DNA from: Sphingomonadales bacterium
GTDB taxonomy: Bacteria > Pseudomonadota > Alphaproteobacteria > Sphingomonadales > Sphingomonadaceae
Length of the DNA: 64,000 bases
Assembly (NCBI GenBank): GCA_028870315.1
Contig: JAGWPW010000056.1
Coordinates: 8,683 to 72,682, forward strand
Reading direction: 5' to 3'
Both the position numbers and the translations under genes were made by a program. Under the pieces are notes generated by a model. That model searched no databases. It worked only from the letters and a program-made list of their open reading frames with translations, and was not told the origin of the DNA. Shown here in pieces: positions 1 to 11,093 of this stretch (its first letter is position 1; each line of letters begins with the position of its first letter).

Positions 1-1
1 G

Positions 2-310
2 CGCAGCCCCTGGCCGCCGGCGCGCGACGCGCCGCTGTTTCGCGGCGCCCGCGGCGGACCGCTGTCGCAGGGCATGGTGCAAAAGGCGATGGCGCGCGCG
101 CGCATCGCGCTTGGCCTCCCGGCAAGCGCGACCCCGCATGCGCTGCGCCACAGCTTCGCGACGCATCTGCTGGGCGCCGGTGCGGATTTGCGCAGCCTTC
201 AGGAACTGCTCGGCCACGCCAGCCTGTCCTCGACGCAGATCTACACCAGGGTTGATGCGGCGGTGCTGCTCGACGTCTATCGCAGCGCGCACCCGCGCGA
301 GCAGGTTTAG
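2..310 (+). CDS. xerC: Tyrosine recombinase XerC-type, C-terminal part (5' end lies outside the window)
   Basis: [12 protein letters not shown]...[20 protein letters not shown] carries the H-x-x-R, H and catalytic Y motifs of Xer recombinases. XerC versus XerD is inferred. Confidence 0.8.
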   Translation, partial: RSPWPPARDAPLFRGARGGPLSQGMVQKAMARARIALGLPASATPHALRHSFATHLLGAGADLRSLQELLGHASLSSTQIYTRVDAAVLLDVYRSAHPREQV

Positions 311-990
311 GCTTGCGCTGTCGCATCGCCTTTTGCCGAGGCGAAGGTCATCGAAGATGAAAGCCGGTGCCCGCCTTGCGGCGCGATGTTCTGATCCTGC
401 GGCTGCCAATGCGTCACCCGCCACAGCCAGACGCCGATGATCGTGAGCAGGACCGCGTCCAGCCCCCAGACGATCGCGCGATGCCAGGCGTGGATATGCG
501 GCGCCAGCCCGTCGCCGCCGGCGATCCACAGCCCGTTCCATACCGCGGTCCCGGCAAGCGTCACCAGCGCGAACAGCGTGCGGTTCATATGCGCGAGCCC
601 GGCGGGCACCGAGATCATCGTGCGCATCACCGGCGAGACGCGGACCAGCCCGACCATCCAGTGCCCGTGGCTGCGCAGTAACCGGGTGCCGCGCTCGACG
701 TCGCGCCACTCGATCGTCAGCCAGCGCCCGTGGCGGTGGACCAGGGGCTTCAGCCGTTCATGACCGAGCCGGTGGCCGAGCGTGTGCCAGGCGAAATTGC
801 CGAGCGTTGCCCCGATCGCGCAGACCGCGAGGAGCGGCCAGAAGGCGAGCCGGTGGTGCGCGACCGCGACGCCCGCCGCCGCCATGATCACCTCGGAAGG
901 GACGATCGGACAAATCGTCTCGACGAGAACCAGCAGCAGAATGCCGCCATAGCCGGCCGAAACCACCGAAAGGACGATCGCGCGGATCAT
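307..990 (-). CDS. DedA family membrane protein
   Basis: [29 protein letters not shown] motifs and several hydrophobic segments. Confidence 0.85.
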   Translation of the reverse strand: MIRAIVLSVVSAGYGGILLLVLVETICPIVPSEVIMAAAGVAVAHHRLAFWPLLAVCAIGATLGNFAWHTLGHRLGHERLKPLVHRHGRWLTIEWRDVERGTRLLRSHGHWMVGLVRVSPVMRTMISVPAGLAHMNRTLFALVTLAGTAVWNGLWIAGGDGLAPHIHAWHRAIVWGLDAVLLTIIGVWLWRVTHWQPQDQNIAPQGGHRLSSSMTFASAKGDATAQA

Positions 991-1025
991 TCGCCTGTCG
1001 GGTTACGCAGGGGTGCGCGTCTGGT

Positions 1026-1991
1026 TCATGACCCGGCCATCGCGGTGTGGCGCCGCTCGATCGCCGTCCAGATCACGGCACCGGTGTCGGTGCCGTTGAA
1101 GCGGTCGATGGCGACGATGCCGGTGGGCGAGGTGACGTTGATCTCGGTCAGCCATTGCCCGGCGATGACGTCGATGCCGACGAAGATGAGGCCGCGCTTC
1201 TTCAGTTCCGGCCCCAGCGCGGCGCAGATCTCCGCCTCGCGCGCGGTCAGGCTTGCGGCCTCCGCCGAACCGCCGACCGCGAGATTGCTGCGGAATTCGC
1301 CCGCGCCCGGCCGACGGTTGATCGCGCCCGCAACCTCGCCATCGACGAGGACGATGCGCTTGTCGCCGTCGGCAACGCCGGGAAGGAAGGGCTGGACCAT
1401 GAAGGGCTCGCGCCAGACCTGGCCGAACAGTTCGACAAGCGCGCCGAGATTGCTGCCATCGGCGGGAATGCGGAACACCGCCTTGCCGCCGTTGCCATGG
1501 AGCGGCTTGACCACGAGATCGCCGGGATGGCGCGCGTGGAAGGCGCACACATCCTCGATCCGACGCGCGACCAGCGTTGGCGGCATGAAACGCGCAAAAT
1601 CCAGCACGAAGACCTTTTCTGGGGCGTTGCGCACGCTTTCGGGGTCGTTGACCACCAGCGTGCGGCCCTTCAGCCTTTCGAGGATATGCGCGGCGGTGAT
1701 ATAGCCAAGGTCGAAGGGCGGGTCCTGACGCATCAGCACCACGTCGATATCTTCGCCGAGATCGAGACGGGTGAAGGCGCCCAGCGTGAAATGATCGCCC
1801 TCGACGCGCCGCACGGTGAGCGGCGCCGCCCGGGCGAACACCCGCCCCTCGTCCCAGCCGAGCGTCGCGACATCGTAATACCACAGCGCATGGCCGCGCG
1901 CCTGCGCCGCGAGCAGCAGCGCGAAGGTCGAGTCGCCCGCGATATTGATCGAGGGCAGCGGGTCCATCTGCACTGCAACCCTGAGACTCAT
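1026..1991 (-). CDS. gshB: Glutathione synthetase
   Basis: QMDP, MRQDPPFD, NAPEK, GDKRI, EINVTSPTG. The ATG at 1991 overlaps the yraN stop (ATGA). Confidence 0.95.
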   Translation of the reverse strand: MSLRVAVQMDPLPSINIAGDSTFALLLAAQARGHALWYYDVATLGWDEGRVFARAAPLTVRRVEGDHFTLGAFTRLDLGEDIDVVLMRQDPPFDLGYITAAHILERLKGRTLVVNDPESVRNAPEKVFVLDFARFMPPTLVARRIEDVCAFHARHPGDLVVKPLHGNGGKAVFRIPADGSNLGALVELFGQVWREPFMVQPFLPGVADGDKRIVLVDGEVAGAINRRPGAGEFRSNLAVGGSAEAASLTAREAEICAALGPELKKRGLIFVGIDVIAGQWLTEINVTSPTGIVAIDRFNGTDTGAVIWTAIERRHTAMAGS

Positions 1992-2356
1992 GACATTCCT
2001 TCCACCGGCATCCACGCGTTGGCGATGTGGCGCGGCCAGCGGCGCGGCGCAAGCAGCAGCACGTCGATGCGCATCGCGTCGCCCGGCCGGCAATAGCGAT
2101 GCGCCGCTGCCTCGGCGGCGGCGGCGACGCGGCGCAGCCGGCGCCCGTCGATCGCCGCATCGAGCCCGCCATCGCCCCGCCACTTGACCTCGACGAAGGC
2201 GACCATCCGTCCGCGCCGCGCGACCAGGTCGATCTCGCCGCGCGGATTGCGCAGCCGCCGGGCCAGGATCGCCCAGCCATGGAGCCGCAGGAACCAGGCG
2301 GCGAGCGTCTCGCCGCGCCGGCCGCGCCGTTCGGCATGCTGGCGGCTGCGGCTCAT
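1988..2356 (-). CDS. yraN: YraN family (UPF0102) PD-(D/E)xK nuclease-like protein
   Basis: G..GE..AA.FL..HG..IL, GEIDLVA, FVEVK, RIDV. Canonical position downstream of rsmI. Confidence 0.9.
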   Translation of the reverse strand: MSRSRQHAERRGRRGETLAAWFLRLHGWAILARRLRNPRGEIDLVARRGRMVAFVEVKWRGDGGLDAAIDGRRLRRVAAAAEAAAHRYCRPGDAMRIDVLLLAPRRWPRHIANAWMPVEGMS

Positions 2357-3180
2357 TTCAGTGCCAGCGCCCTTGCGTAAAGCGCGCGGCGATCGAGCCC
2401 GGTCGCTTTCGCCACCGCGGCCGCCGCCTGCGAAGGCGAACCCGTGGCCAGCGCCGCGCGCAGCAGGGCATCGGCATCCTCGGCGCTGGCGCGCAAATCG
2501 GCCGGTGGACCGACGAGCAGCACGATCTCGCCCCGGGGCGGATGCGCGCGGTAATGCCCGGCAAGCGCGGCGGCGCTGCCGCTGCGGCATTCCTCATGCA
2601 GCTTGGTGAGTTCGCGCGCCACCGCGATCTCGCGATCGGGCAGATGTTCGCCAAGCGCGGCGAGCGTCGCGATCAGTCGTGGCCCGGTTTCGTAGAACAC
2701 CAAAGTCGCGCGCAAGGGCGCAAGCTCGGCGAACAGATCGGCGCGCGCTTTGTCCTTGGCCGGAAGGAAGCCTGCGAAGAGGAAGCGGTCGGTCGGCAGG
2801 CCAGCAAGCGTCAGCGCGGTGATCGCCGCATTGGCCCCGGGGATGCTGGTCACCGCCAGCCCGCGCGTGCGGGCCATGCGCACCAGCCGATAGCCGGGAT
2901 CGGAAATCAGCGGGGTGCCGGCATCGCAGGCCAGCGCCACCGGCTCGACCGCGATCCGCGCGAGCAGCGCCTCGCGCGCTGCCGCATCCGCGTGATCGTC
3001 GTAGCGGATCAGCTTCTGGCGGATGCCGAGGTGGTGCAGCAGCTTTCCCGTGACCCGCGTATCTTCGCAGGCGACCGCCGCAACCGCGCGCAGCACGTCG
3101 GTCGCCCGTCCCGATATGTCGCCGAGATTGCCAATAGGGGTGGCGACAATATAGAGCCCGGGTTCGAGCGGCATGGTCAT
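2353..3180 (-). CDS. rsmI: 16S rRNA C1402 2'-O-methyltransferase
   Basis: LYIVATPIGNLGDIS, CEDTR, DAGTPLISDPG, RELTKLHEE. Start is 3180 or 3174. Confidence 0.95.
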   Translation of the reverse strand: MTMPLEPGLYIVATPIGNLGDISGRATDVLRAVAAVACEDTRVTGKLLHHLGIRQKLIRYDDHADAAAREALLARIAVEPVALACDAGTPLISDPGYRLVRMARTRGLAVTSIPGANAAITALTLAGLPTDRFLFAGFLPAKDKARADLFAELAPLRATLVFYETGPRLIATLAALGEHLPDREIAVARELTKLHEECRSGSAAALAGHYRAHPPRGEIVLLVGPPADLRASAEDADALLRAALATGSPSQAAAAVAKATGLDRRALYARALALK

Positions 3181-3219
3181 GACCGGCTCATGGACCAGCG
3201 GGACGGGGAGTCGCAAGCG

Positions 3220-4392
3220 ATGTTGGTGCGCGCAATCGGCCCGAATCAGAGCCGGGGGCCGGGCTGGCGGATGCTCGCCGGCGCGGCGGCGATGCTGCTC
3301 GCCGCCTGCCAGGTCATCCCCAAGGCACCGCCCCCGCCGCCCCCGCCGCCGCCCGTCGCGCGACCAGCCGCGCTGCCCGCCGATTCGGATCGGCATCGGG
3401 TCGCGCTGCTGGTCCCGCTTTCGGGGGCGAATGCGCCGGTCGGGCGCTCGATCGCCAATGCCGCGACCATGGCGCTGCTCGACACCAACGCGACCAATCT
3501 CCGCATCACCACCTATGACACCGCCGAGGGCGCGCCGGCCGCGGCCGAACATGCGATCGCCGACGGCAACCGGCTGATCCTCGGGCCGCTGCTCGGCGAG
3601 GAGGCGCTGGCGGTGGCGCGGATCGCGCGCAGCGCGCATCTCGCGGTGATTTCCTATTCGAACGACAGCGCTGCTGCCGGCCATGACGTGTTCATCATGG
3701 GCAATGTTCCCGGCCAGGCGATCGCGCGCGTGGTCCACGAGGCGCGCGACCAGGGCGCCAGCCGCTTTGCGGCGCTGATCCCGGTGGGCACCTTCGGCGA
3801 GCGCGCCTCGAACGCGGTGCTGGCCGCGGTGCGAGCCAGCGGCGGCACGATGGTCGGCATGGAAAGCTATGACCGGCATGGCAGCACGCTGACGCTCGCC
3901 GTGCAGCGGCTGAAGGCGCATTGCCCCTGCGATGCGGTGCTGATCGCCGATACCGGCGCGCTCGCCGCGCAGGCGGCGTCGGCGCTGCACGCCAACGGCC
4001 TTACCCCGCGCATCCTCGGCACCGAATTGTGGAGCGGCGAGGCCAGCGTGGTGAACAGCCCGGCGCTGCGCGGCGCCGAATTCGCCGCGCTTTCCGACCA
4101 GCGCTTCCCCCGCTTCGCGCAGAGCTACCGCACCCGCTTCGGCGCCGCGCCCTACCGCATCGCCACGCTGGGCTATGACAGCGTGCTGCTGACCTTGCGG
4201 ATTGCCCGCGACTGGCTGCCCGGCCAGCCGTTCCCGACCGCGCGCATGTTTGATCGCGGCGGCTTTCTCGGCCTCGATGGTCCGTTCCGCTTCGATTCGG
4301 ACGGTGTGGTCGAACGTGCGCTCGAAGTGCGCGAGCTGCGCGGCGGTGGCGCCGTGGTGATCAGCCCGGCCCCCACCCGCTTTGCCGAATAA
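3220..4392 (+). CDS. Penicillin-binding protein activator (LpoA-like) lipoprotein
   Basis: Lipobox LLAAC, Pro-rich linker, VALLVPLSG, ILGPL, LGYD. Divergent from rsmI as in the usual lpoA-rsmI layout. Start uncertain (3190, 3220 or 3270). Confidence 0.8.
   Translation: MLVRAIGPNQSRGPGWRMLAGAAAMLLAACQVIPKAPPPPPPPPPVARPAALPADSDRHRVALLVPLSGANAPVGRSIANAATMALLDTNATNLRITTYDTAEGAPAAAEHAIADGNRLILGPLLGEEALAVARIARSAHLAVISYSNDSAAAGHDVFIMGNVPGQAIARVVHEARDQGASRFAALIPVGTFGERASNAVLAAVRASGGTMVGMESYDRHGSTLTLAVQRLKAHCPCDAVLIADTGALAAQAASALHANGLTPRILGTELWSGEASVVNSPALRGAEFAALSDQRFPRFAQSYRTRFGAAPYRIATLGYDSVLLTLRIARDWLPGQPFPTARMFDRGGFLGLDGPFRFDSDGVVERALEVRELRGGGAVVISPAPTRFAE
3328..3354 (+). repeat. CCG/CCC low-complexity run encoding a poly-proline linker
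   Basis: ccgcccccgccgcccccgccgccgccc encodes PPPPPPPPP right after the lipobox. Confidence 0.8.
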
Positions 4393-4463
4393 CCCGGGGA
4401 CCGCTGCGGAAAAGCGCGCTTGCCGGCTTGCCGCACGGATTCCCCGCCCCCTATAGGCCAGCC

Positions 4464-6449
4464 ATGGCCGAGGATCTCTTCCAGTCCGCGCCGATCGGCG
4501 CCAGCGATGCCTATGACGGCTCGGCGATCGAGGTGCTCGAAGGGCTGGAGCCGGTGCGCCGCCGCCCCGGCATGTATATCGGCGGCATCGACGAGCGCGC
4601 GCTGCACCACCTTGCCGCCGAAGTGCTCGACAATGCCATGGACGAGGCGGTGGCCGGGCATGCGAACCGCATCGAGGTGACGCTGGATGAAGGCAATCGC
4701 CTCACCATCACCGACAACGGCCGCGGCATCCCGATTGACGAGCACCCAAAGTTTCCGGGCAAATCAGCGCTCGAAGTGATCCTGACGACGTTGCATTCGG
4801 GCGGCAAGTTCTCGGGCAAGGCCTATGCGACCAGCGGCGGGCTGCATGGGGTCGGGGTCAGCGTGGTCAATGCGCTGTCCAGCCACACAAGGGTCGAAGT
4901 CGCCCGCAATCGCGAGCTTTATGCGCAGGAATTTGCCCGCGGGCTGCCGATGGGCGATCTGCGCAGGCTTGGCGCGGCGCCGAACCGGCGCGGCACGACG
5001 GTGAGCTTCATCCCCGATGCCGAGATCTTCGGCGCCGAGGCCGCGTTCAAGCCCTTGCGGCTATTCCGCCTCGCGCGCTCGAAGGCCTATCTCTATGCCG
5101 GGGTCGAGATCCGCTGGAAATGCGCGCCCGCGCTCACCGGCGACGAGGTTCCGGCAGACGCGCTGTTCCAGTTCCCTGGCGGGCTTGCCGATCACCTCGC
5201 CGAGCAGATCGGCACGCGCGAATGCGTCACCACCAGCTTCTTTGCCGGCAAGCAGGATTTCCCCGGCGAGGCGCAGGGCCGCGTCGAATGGGCGATCGCC
5301 TGGCCCTTGTGGTCCGACGGCGCCTACAGCTGGTATTGCAACACCATTCCCACGCCGGATGGCGGCACGCATGAGGCGGGGCTGCGCGCCGCCCTCACCC
5401 GCGGCATCCGCGCCTTTGCCGAACTCGTCGGGCAGAAGAAGGCGAAGGACATCATCCCCGAGGACATCGTCACCGGTTGCGAGGCGATGCTTTCGGTGTT
5501 CATCCGCGAGCCACAGTTCCAGAGCCAGACCAAGGATCGCCTCACCAGCCCCGAGGCGGCGCGGCTGGTCGAGAACGCGCTGCGCGACCATTTCGACCAT
5601 TTCCTTACCAGCAACATGGACCGCGGCCGCGCGCTGCTCGGCCATGTCCTCGAACGCATGGACGAGCGCCTGCGCCGCAAGGCCGAGCGCGAGATAAAGC
5701 GCAAGTCGGCAACCAATGCGCGCAAGCTGCGGCTTCCCGGCAAGCTCACCGATTGCAGCGGCGAGGGCGACGGCGACACCGAGCTGTTCATCGTCGAGGG
5801 CGATTCGGCCGGAGGCAGCGCCAAGCAGGCGCGCAACCGCAAGACGCAGGCGATCCTGCCGATCCGCGGCAAGATCCTGAACGTCGCCAGCGCCACCGCC
5901 GACAAGATCCGCGCCAATTCCGAGATCGCCGATCTCGCGCTGGCGCTCGGTTGCGGCATGCGCAAGGACTGCAACCCCGACAACATCCGCTACGACCGCA
6001 TCATCATCATGACCGATGCCGATGTCGATGGCGCGCATATCGCGACGCTGTTGATGACCTTCTTCTTCCAGGAAATGACCGAAGTGGTGCGGCGCGGGCA
6101 CCTTTATCTGGCGCAGCCGCCGCTCTATCGCCTCACCGCGGGCAAGGACAGCGCCTATGCCCGCGACGACGCCCACCGCGCCGAGCTGGAAGCCGGCAGG
6201 TTCAAGGGCAGGAAGGTCGAGGTCAGCCGCTTCAAGGGTCTCGGCGAAATGAACCCGGCGCAATTGCGCGAAACCACCATGGACCCTGGCACCCGCGGGC
6301 TGCTGCGCATAACCCTGCCGCCCGAATATGAAGCGCGGGCACAGGTGAAGGACCTCGTCGAACGGCTGATGGGCCGCAACCCCGAGCACCGCTTCATGTT
6401 CATCCAGAACCGCGCGGGCGACCTCGATCCCGAGATGATCGATGCCTGA
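4464..6449 (+). CDS. parE: DNA topoisomerase IV subunit B
   Basis: LEPVRRRPGMYIG, EVLDNAMDE, GGLHGVG, VEGDSAGGSAKQAR, IIMTDADVDG, RFKGLGEM. It lacks the GyrB insert and has the alphaproteobacterial ParE C-terminus. Confidence 0.92.
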   Translation: MAEDLFQSAPIGASDAYDGSAIEVLEGLEPVRRRPGMYIGGIDERALHHLAAEVLDNAMDEAVAGHANRIEVTLDEGNRLTITDNGRGIPIDEHPKFPGKSALEVILTTLHSGGKFSGKAYATSGGLHGVGVSVVNALSSHTRVEVARNRELYAQEFARGLPMGDLRRLGAAPNRRGTTVSFIPDAEIFGAEAAFKPLRLFRLARSKAYLYAGVEIRWKCAPALTGDEVPADALFQFPGGLADHLAEQIGTRECVTTSFFAGKQDFPGEAQGRVEWAIAWPLWSDGAYSWYCNTIPTPDGGTHEAGLRAALTRGIRAFAELVGQKKAKDIIPEDIVTGCEAMLSVFIREPQFQSQTKDRLTSPEAARLVENALRDHFDHFLTSNMDRGRALLGHVLERMDERLRRKAEREIKRKSATNARKLRLPGKLTDCSGEGDGDTELFIVEGDSAGGSAKQARNRKTQAILPIRGKILNVASATADKIRANSEIADLALALGCGMRKDCNPDNIRYDRIIIMTDADVDGAHIATLLMTFFFQEMTEVVRRGHLYLAQPPLYRLTAGKDSAYARDDAHRAELEAGRFKGRKVEVSRFKGLGEMNPAQLRETTMDPGTRGLLRITLPPEYEARAQVKDLVERLMGRNPEHRFMFIQNRAGDLDPEMIDA

Positions 6450-6487
6450 GACCGGGGCACGGCCCTGATGACGGGGCGGCGACGGGC

Positions 6488-6922
6488 TCAGCCGGTCGTC
6501 ACATCCATCTGGAGATATTTGAGCACCTGGTGGCTGATGCGCCACTTGCCATCGGCGCCCTTCGTGTAGCGCTCGAAATAATGGCCCCAGCCGGTGTGCC
6601 CCTTGTGCCCGCCAAGGGCGCGGTCCTCACCCATGCGGACGCGGTCCTGCATCGCCCAGATAACCTCGGCGCCCTCGGCGTCGAAGCGGATTTCGGGGTT
6701 GTGGACGTGGTGCGTGGTGACCGCGGTCTCTATGCAGCTGCGCACATAGGCGACAACCGCGTCACGCCCCCTGGTCACCTGCCCGCCGCATTGGCTGCCG
6801 TCCATCACCATGTCGGCGGTGAAGACGTCGGCCCAGCCCGCCCAGTCCTTGGTGTCCATCAGCCGGCAATAGCGCGCCTTGGTCTCGCAGATCGCCAGCC
6901 AGTCGGAAAAATCGCCGCTCAT
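6488..6922 (-). CDS. SnoaL-like / NTF2-fold protein
   Basis: KARYCRLMDTKDW, T.HHVHNPEI, A.VIWAM.D, G.GHY.E.Y....G.WRI. A GGAG RBS lies upstream of the ATG at 6922. Confidence 0.85.
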   Translation of the reverse strand: MSGDFSDWLAICETKARYCRLMDTKDWAGWADVFTADMVMDGSQCGGQVTRGRDAVVAYVRSCIETAVTTHHVHNPEIRFDAEGAEVIWAMQDRVRMGEDRALGGHKGHTGWGHYFERYTKGADGKWRISHQVLKYLQMDVTTG

Positions 6923-7097
6923 TGCACCTCTCCCATGCTCCTGGCCCTCATGCCGCGATCGCGCATCGGGCGCAAAGCCGCGCGCGGAACCATCGCTGCG
7001 GCGCGGCGCCCGGCGGCGAAATCGGCGCGTGGCGCTTGCCTCGCTTGCCAAGCGCACCTATCCGCTCGGGTTTCCGCACGTATGGGATAGGCAGGCG

Positions 7098-7943
<846 letters not shown>

Positions 7944-8115
7944 GGAAAAACGGAAGGCGGGGACCAGAAGCCCTCGCGCTCCCGGCAAGTCTGGCAGCGT
8001 GAGGGCAATTGGGCAGCGCCGTTTCGCGGCTCCTCCTCGTCACAAGGCATTTCGGGGTGTGGGGACACTGGCCCCGGAAATGTTCCATTTTGCCTTTTGC
8101 AAAAACACTTAGGAC

Positions 8116-9297
8116 ATGTTTTTCAACTTCCTCGACGAATTGCGCGCCGCGGGCATTCCCGCCTCGATCAAGGAGCATCTCGTGCTCCTCGAAGCGCTCG
8201 ATCGTGACGTCATCGAAGCGACCCCCGAAGCCTTCTACTATCTCAGCCGCGCGATCTTCGTGAAGGACGAAGCGCTGCTCGATCGCTTCGATCAGGTCTT
8301 CGCGCATGTGTTCAAGGGGATCATCACCGATTACGGACAGGCGCCGGTCGAGATCCCCGAGGATTGGCTGAAAGCCATCGCCGAGCGCTATTTCTCCGAA
8401 GAGGAAATGGAAAAGATCAAGGCGCTGGGCAGCTGGGACGAGATCATGGAGACGCTCAAGAAGCGCCTCGAAGAACAGGAAAAACGTCACAACGGCGGCA
8501 ACAAATGGATCGGCGCCAACGGCACCAGCCCGTTCGGCAATTCGGGCTACAACCCCGAGGGCATCCGCATCGGCGGCAAAAGCACCCATGGCCGGGCGAT
8601 CAAGGTCTGGGAAAAGCGCGAATTCGCCAATCTCGACAATCAGGTCGAACTGGGCACGCGCAACATCAAGCTGGCGTTGCGCCGGCTGCGCCGCTTCGCG
8701 CGCGAGGGCGCGGCCGAGGAACTCGATCTCGATGCCACCATCCATGGCACCGCGCGCCAGGGCTGGCTCGACATCCATATGCGCCCGCTCCGGCACAATG
8801 CGGTGAAGGTGCTGCTGTTCCTCGATGTCGGCGGCTCGATGGACCCGCATGTCCGCCTGGTCGAGGAACTGTTCAGCGCCGCCACCGCCGAGTTCAAGAA
8901 CCTCGAATTCTTCTATTTCCACAACTGCCTTTACGAAGGCGTGTGGAAGGACAACCGCCGCCGCTTTGCCGAGCGCACCCCGACCTGGGACATTCTTCAC
9001 AAATACGGCCATGACTACAAGGTGGTGTTCGTCGGCGATGCGGCGATGAGCCCCTATGAGGTCAGCCATCCGGGCGGCTCGGTCGAGCATTTCAACGAGG
9101 AAGCCGGCGCGGTCTGGCTGCACCGCGTCACCAGCACCTATCCGGCGACGGTCTGGCTGAACCCGGTGGCCGAGCGGCAATGGCAGTATTCGGCATCGAC
9201 CAAGCTGATCCACGAGGCGATGGCCGGCGCGATGTATCCGCTGACATTGAGCGGGCTCGATGGGGCGATGCGCGAACTGACGCGCAAGAAGCATTGA
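8116..9297 (+). CDS. vWA domain protein (CoxE-like), partner of the MoxR ATPase
   Basis: MIDAS-like LDVGGSMD, FYFHNC, VGDA.MSPYE, WLNP. Adjacent to the MoxR gene. Confidence 0.88.
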   Translation: MFFNFLDELRAAGIPASIKEHLVLLEALDRDVIEATPEAFYYLSRAIFVKDEALLDRFDQVFAHVFKGIITDYGQAPVEIPEDWLKAIAERYFSEEEMEKIKALGSWDEIMETLKKRLEEQEKRHNGGNKWIGANGTSPFGNSGYNPEGIRIGGKSTHGRAIKVWEKREFANLDNQVELGTRNIKLALRRLRRFAREGAAEELDLDATIHGTARQGWLDIHMRPLRHNAVKVLLFLDVGGSMDPHVRLVEELFSAATAEFKNLEFFYFHNCLYEGVWKDNRRRFAERTPTWDILHKYGHDYKVVFVGDAAMSPYEVSHPGGSVEHFNEEAGAVWLHRVTSTYPATVWLNPVAERQWQYSASTKLIHEAMAGAMYPLTLSGLDGAMRELTRKKH

Positions 9298-9304
9298 GCG
9301 GCGT

Positions 9305-10507
9305 TCAGCGGTAAAGCAGCAGCGGCGCGATTTCCTCCCGCCAGGCCGTCTCGTCGCGCGCTGCCGCGGCATCAAGATCACCCGGTTCGGCAGCGCCATC
9401 CTCGACCCATTCGCGCAAGCTAGGCCCGCCGTTGATGACGTCGATCGCCAGCCGCTCGAACTCATATTCGTAAGCGAAATCGCGCCACAGTGGATAATCG
9501 GGATACAGGCGCCGGATGGCCTTCAACGCCAGCGCCTGCAGCCGCCACGGGCGGAAGCGGTGATGGTCGTAGGCCGGCCCCTCGGCATGGATCATCAGCG
9601 CGCTGCACAACCGCCCGGCGTGCTTGTGGAAGGTCGGCTCGAACCAGCATTCGCGGATCGCGCAGCCGTCAAGCCAGTCGGGCGCAAGGCACGCCATTTC
9701 GCCGAGCACGCGGTGCGCATCGAGATCGGGCGCGCCGAACAGCACTTCGAGCGGGCGCGTCGTGCCGCGGCCTTCGGAGAGCGTGGTGCCCTCGAGCATG
9801 ACCGTGCCGGCATAGCAGCGCGCCATGTTGAGGTTGGCGGCATTGGGGCTGGGATTGACCCAGACGCGCGCCTGCGGCCAGCCATGCCCCTCGCGCTGCG
9901 GATGCCAGCCCGCCATGGTGATCACCCGGTAATCGACGTCGAGCCCGAAGTGACGGATGAACCAGGCGCCCATCTCGCCCATGGTGAGGCCGTGGCGCAT
10001 CGGCATCGGCGCGGCGCCGACGAAACTTTCCTGCCCCGGGCGCAGCAGCGTCCCTTCGACCGGGCGCCCCGCCGGGTTGGGCCGGTCGAGCACCCACACG
10101 CTCTTGCCCGTGGCCGCCGCGGCTTCGAGAAGATAGAGAAGTGTTGTGACAAAGGTGTAGATACGACAACCAAGATCCTGAAGATCGAAGAGAAACACAT
10201 CGGCGCTGTCGATCATCACCGCGCTTGGCCGGCGCACCGTGCCATAGAGGCTGAACACCGGGATGCCATGGACCGGATCGCGGGTGTCCGCGCTCTCCAC
10301 CATGTTGTCCTGCTTGTCGCCCTTGAGGCCATGCTGCGGGCCGAAGGCGGCGGTGAGCGTGAGATCCGGGCAGGCGGCCAGGGCATCGAGCGCATGGCCA
10401 AGGCTGGCGGTCACCGAGGCGGGATGCGCAACCAGCGCGATCCGCCGGCCGGCGAGCGGCTTGCGCAGCCCGGGCTCTTCGAGCAGTCGATCTATGCCGC
10501 ATTTCAT
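9305..10507 (-). CDS. DUF1343 / NamZ-like exo-beta-N-acetylmuramidase, no signal peptide
   Basis: GIDRL, FGPQHG, PVFSLYG, FDLQDLGCRIYTF, VLDRPNP, P.RHGLT.GE, PSPN, SEGRGTTRP. Confidence 0.88.
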   Translation of the reverse strand: MKCGIDRLLEEPGLRKPLAGRRIALVAHPASVTASLGHALDALAACPDLTLTAAFGPQHGLKGDKQDNMVESADTRDPVHGIPVFSLYGTVRRPSAVMIDSADVFLFDLQDLGCRIYTFVTTLLYLLEAAAATGKSVWVLDRPNPAGRPVEGTLLRPGQESFVGAAPMPMRHGLTMGEMGAWFIRHFGLDVDYRVITMAGWHPQREGHGWPQARVWVNPSPNAANLNMARCYAGTVMLEGTTLSEGRGTTRPLEVLFGAPDLDAHRVLGEMACLAPDWLDGCAIRECWFEPTFHKHAGRLCSALMIHAEGPAYDHHRFRPWRLQALALKAIRRLYPDYPLWRDFAYEYEFERLAIDVINGGPSLREWVEDGAAEPGDLDAAAARDETAWREEIAPLLLYR

Positions 10508-11046
10508 CGGCTCGCCGCTGCCGGAATGGCGAGCGTGAGGCAAGCAGGATCATGGAAATCAGGTGGCCCTGCGCGATGCGCAGCGGCCCACAAGGATTTC
10601 ACCCCGCCCGCCTCCTCGATCACCGCGGTCAGCCCCGCGCGCCAGGGCAGCGGCGGCAGCGCGACAAGCGGCACCGCGGCATCGAAGATCAACCGGTTGC
10701 GCCCGCGCCGCAGCGTGCAGACCGGTGCGCGCGCCATCGCGCGGGCGGTCATGCCGGCGCGATAACCGCTGAAATCATAGGCCGCCCAGGCCTCGCCCGG
10801 CGAAAGATTGATCTCGACATAGCCAACCCCGCCCGCAGGCTGCACGAAAAGCTCGAAGCAGGTGGTGCGCCACAGCCCGTCGGCGCGGCGGCTGCCGGTG
10901 AAGGCGGGGATCATGATTTCGCGGCTGTCCTCGATACTCCAGCGCAGCATCAGCCAGTCCGGGGTGAGCCCGGCGACGCGGGCCGCCACTGCGGATACCG
11001 TCTGTGGCGGATGATCGGGATGTGCGATCAGCCTGTCCGTTTCCAA
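10504..11046 (-). CDS. DOMON-like (DOMON_murB-type) domain protein
   Basis: [15 protein letters not shown]...WAAYDF..YR, S.WA..H....PDFH. TTG start, and its stop overlaps the namZ-like ATG. Confidence 0.75.
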   Translation of the reverse strand: METDRLIAHPDHPPQTVSAVAARVAGLTPDWLMLRWSIEDSREIMIPAFTGSRRADGLWRTTCFELFVQPAGGVGYVEINLSPGEAWAAYDFSGYRAGMTARAMARAPVCTLRRGRNRLIFDAAVPLVALPPLPWRAGLTAVIEEAGGVKSLWAAAHRAGPPDFHDPACLTLAIPAAASR

Positions 11047-11093
11047 GCGCGCATCCCCGTGCTAACCGGCCGCTTTCTTGCGCGATCCGGGCC

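Noticed and set aside
2-310. Tyrosine recombinase as a phage or island integrase
   Set aside because: The sequence and core-gene context fit chromosomal XerC, and there are no att sites or phage genes.
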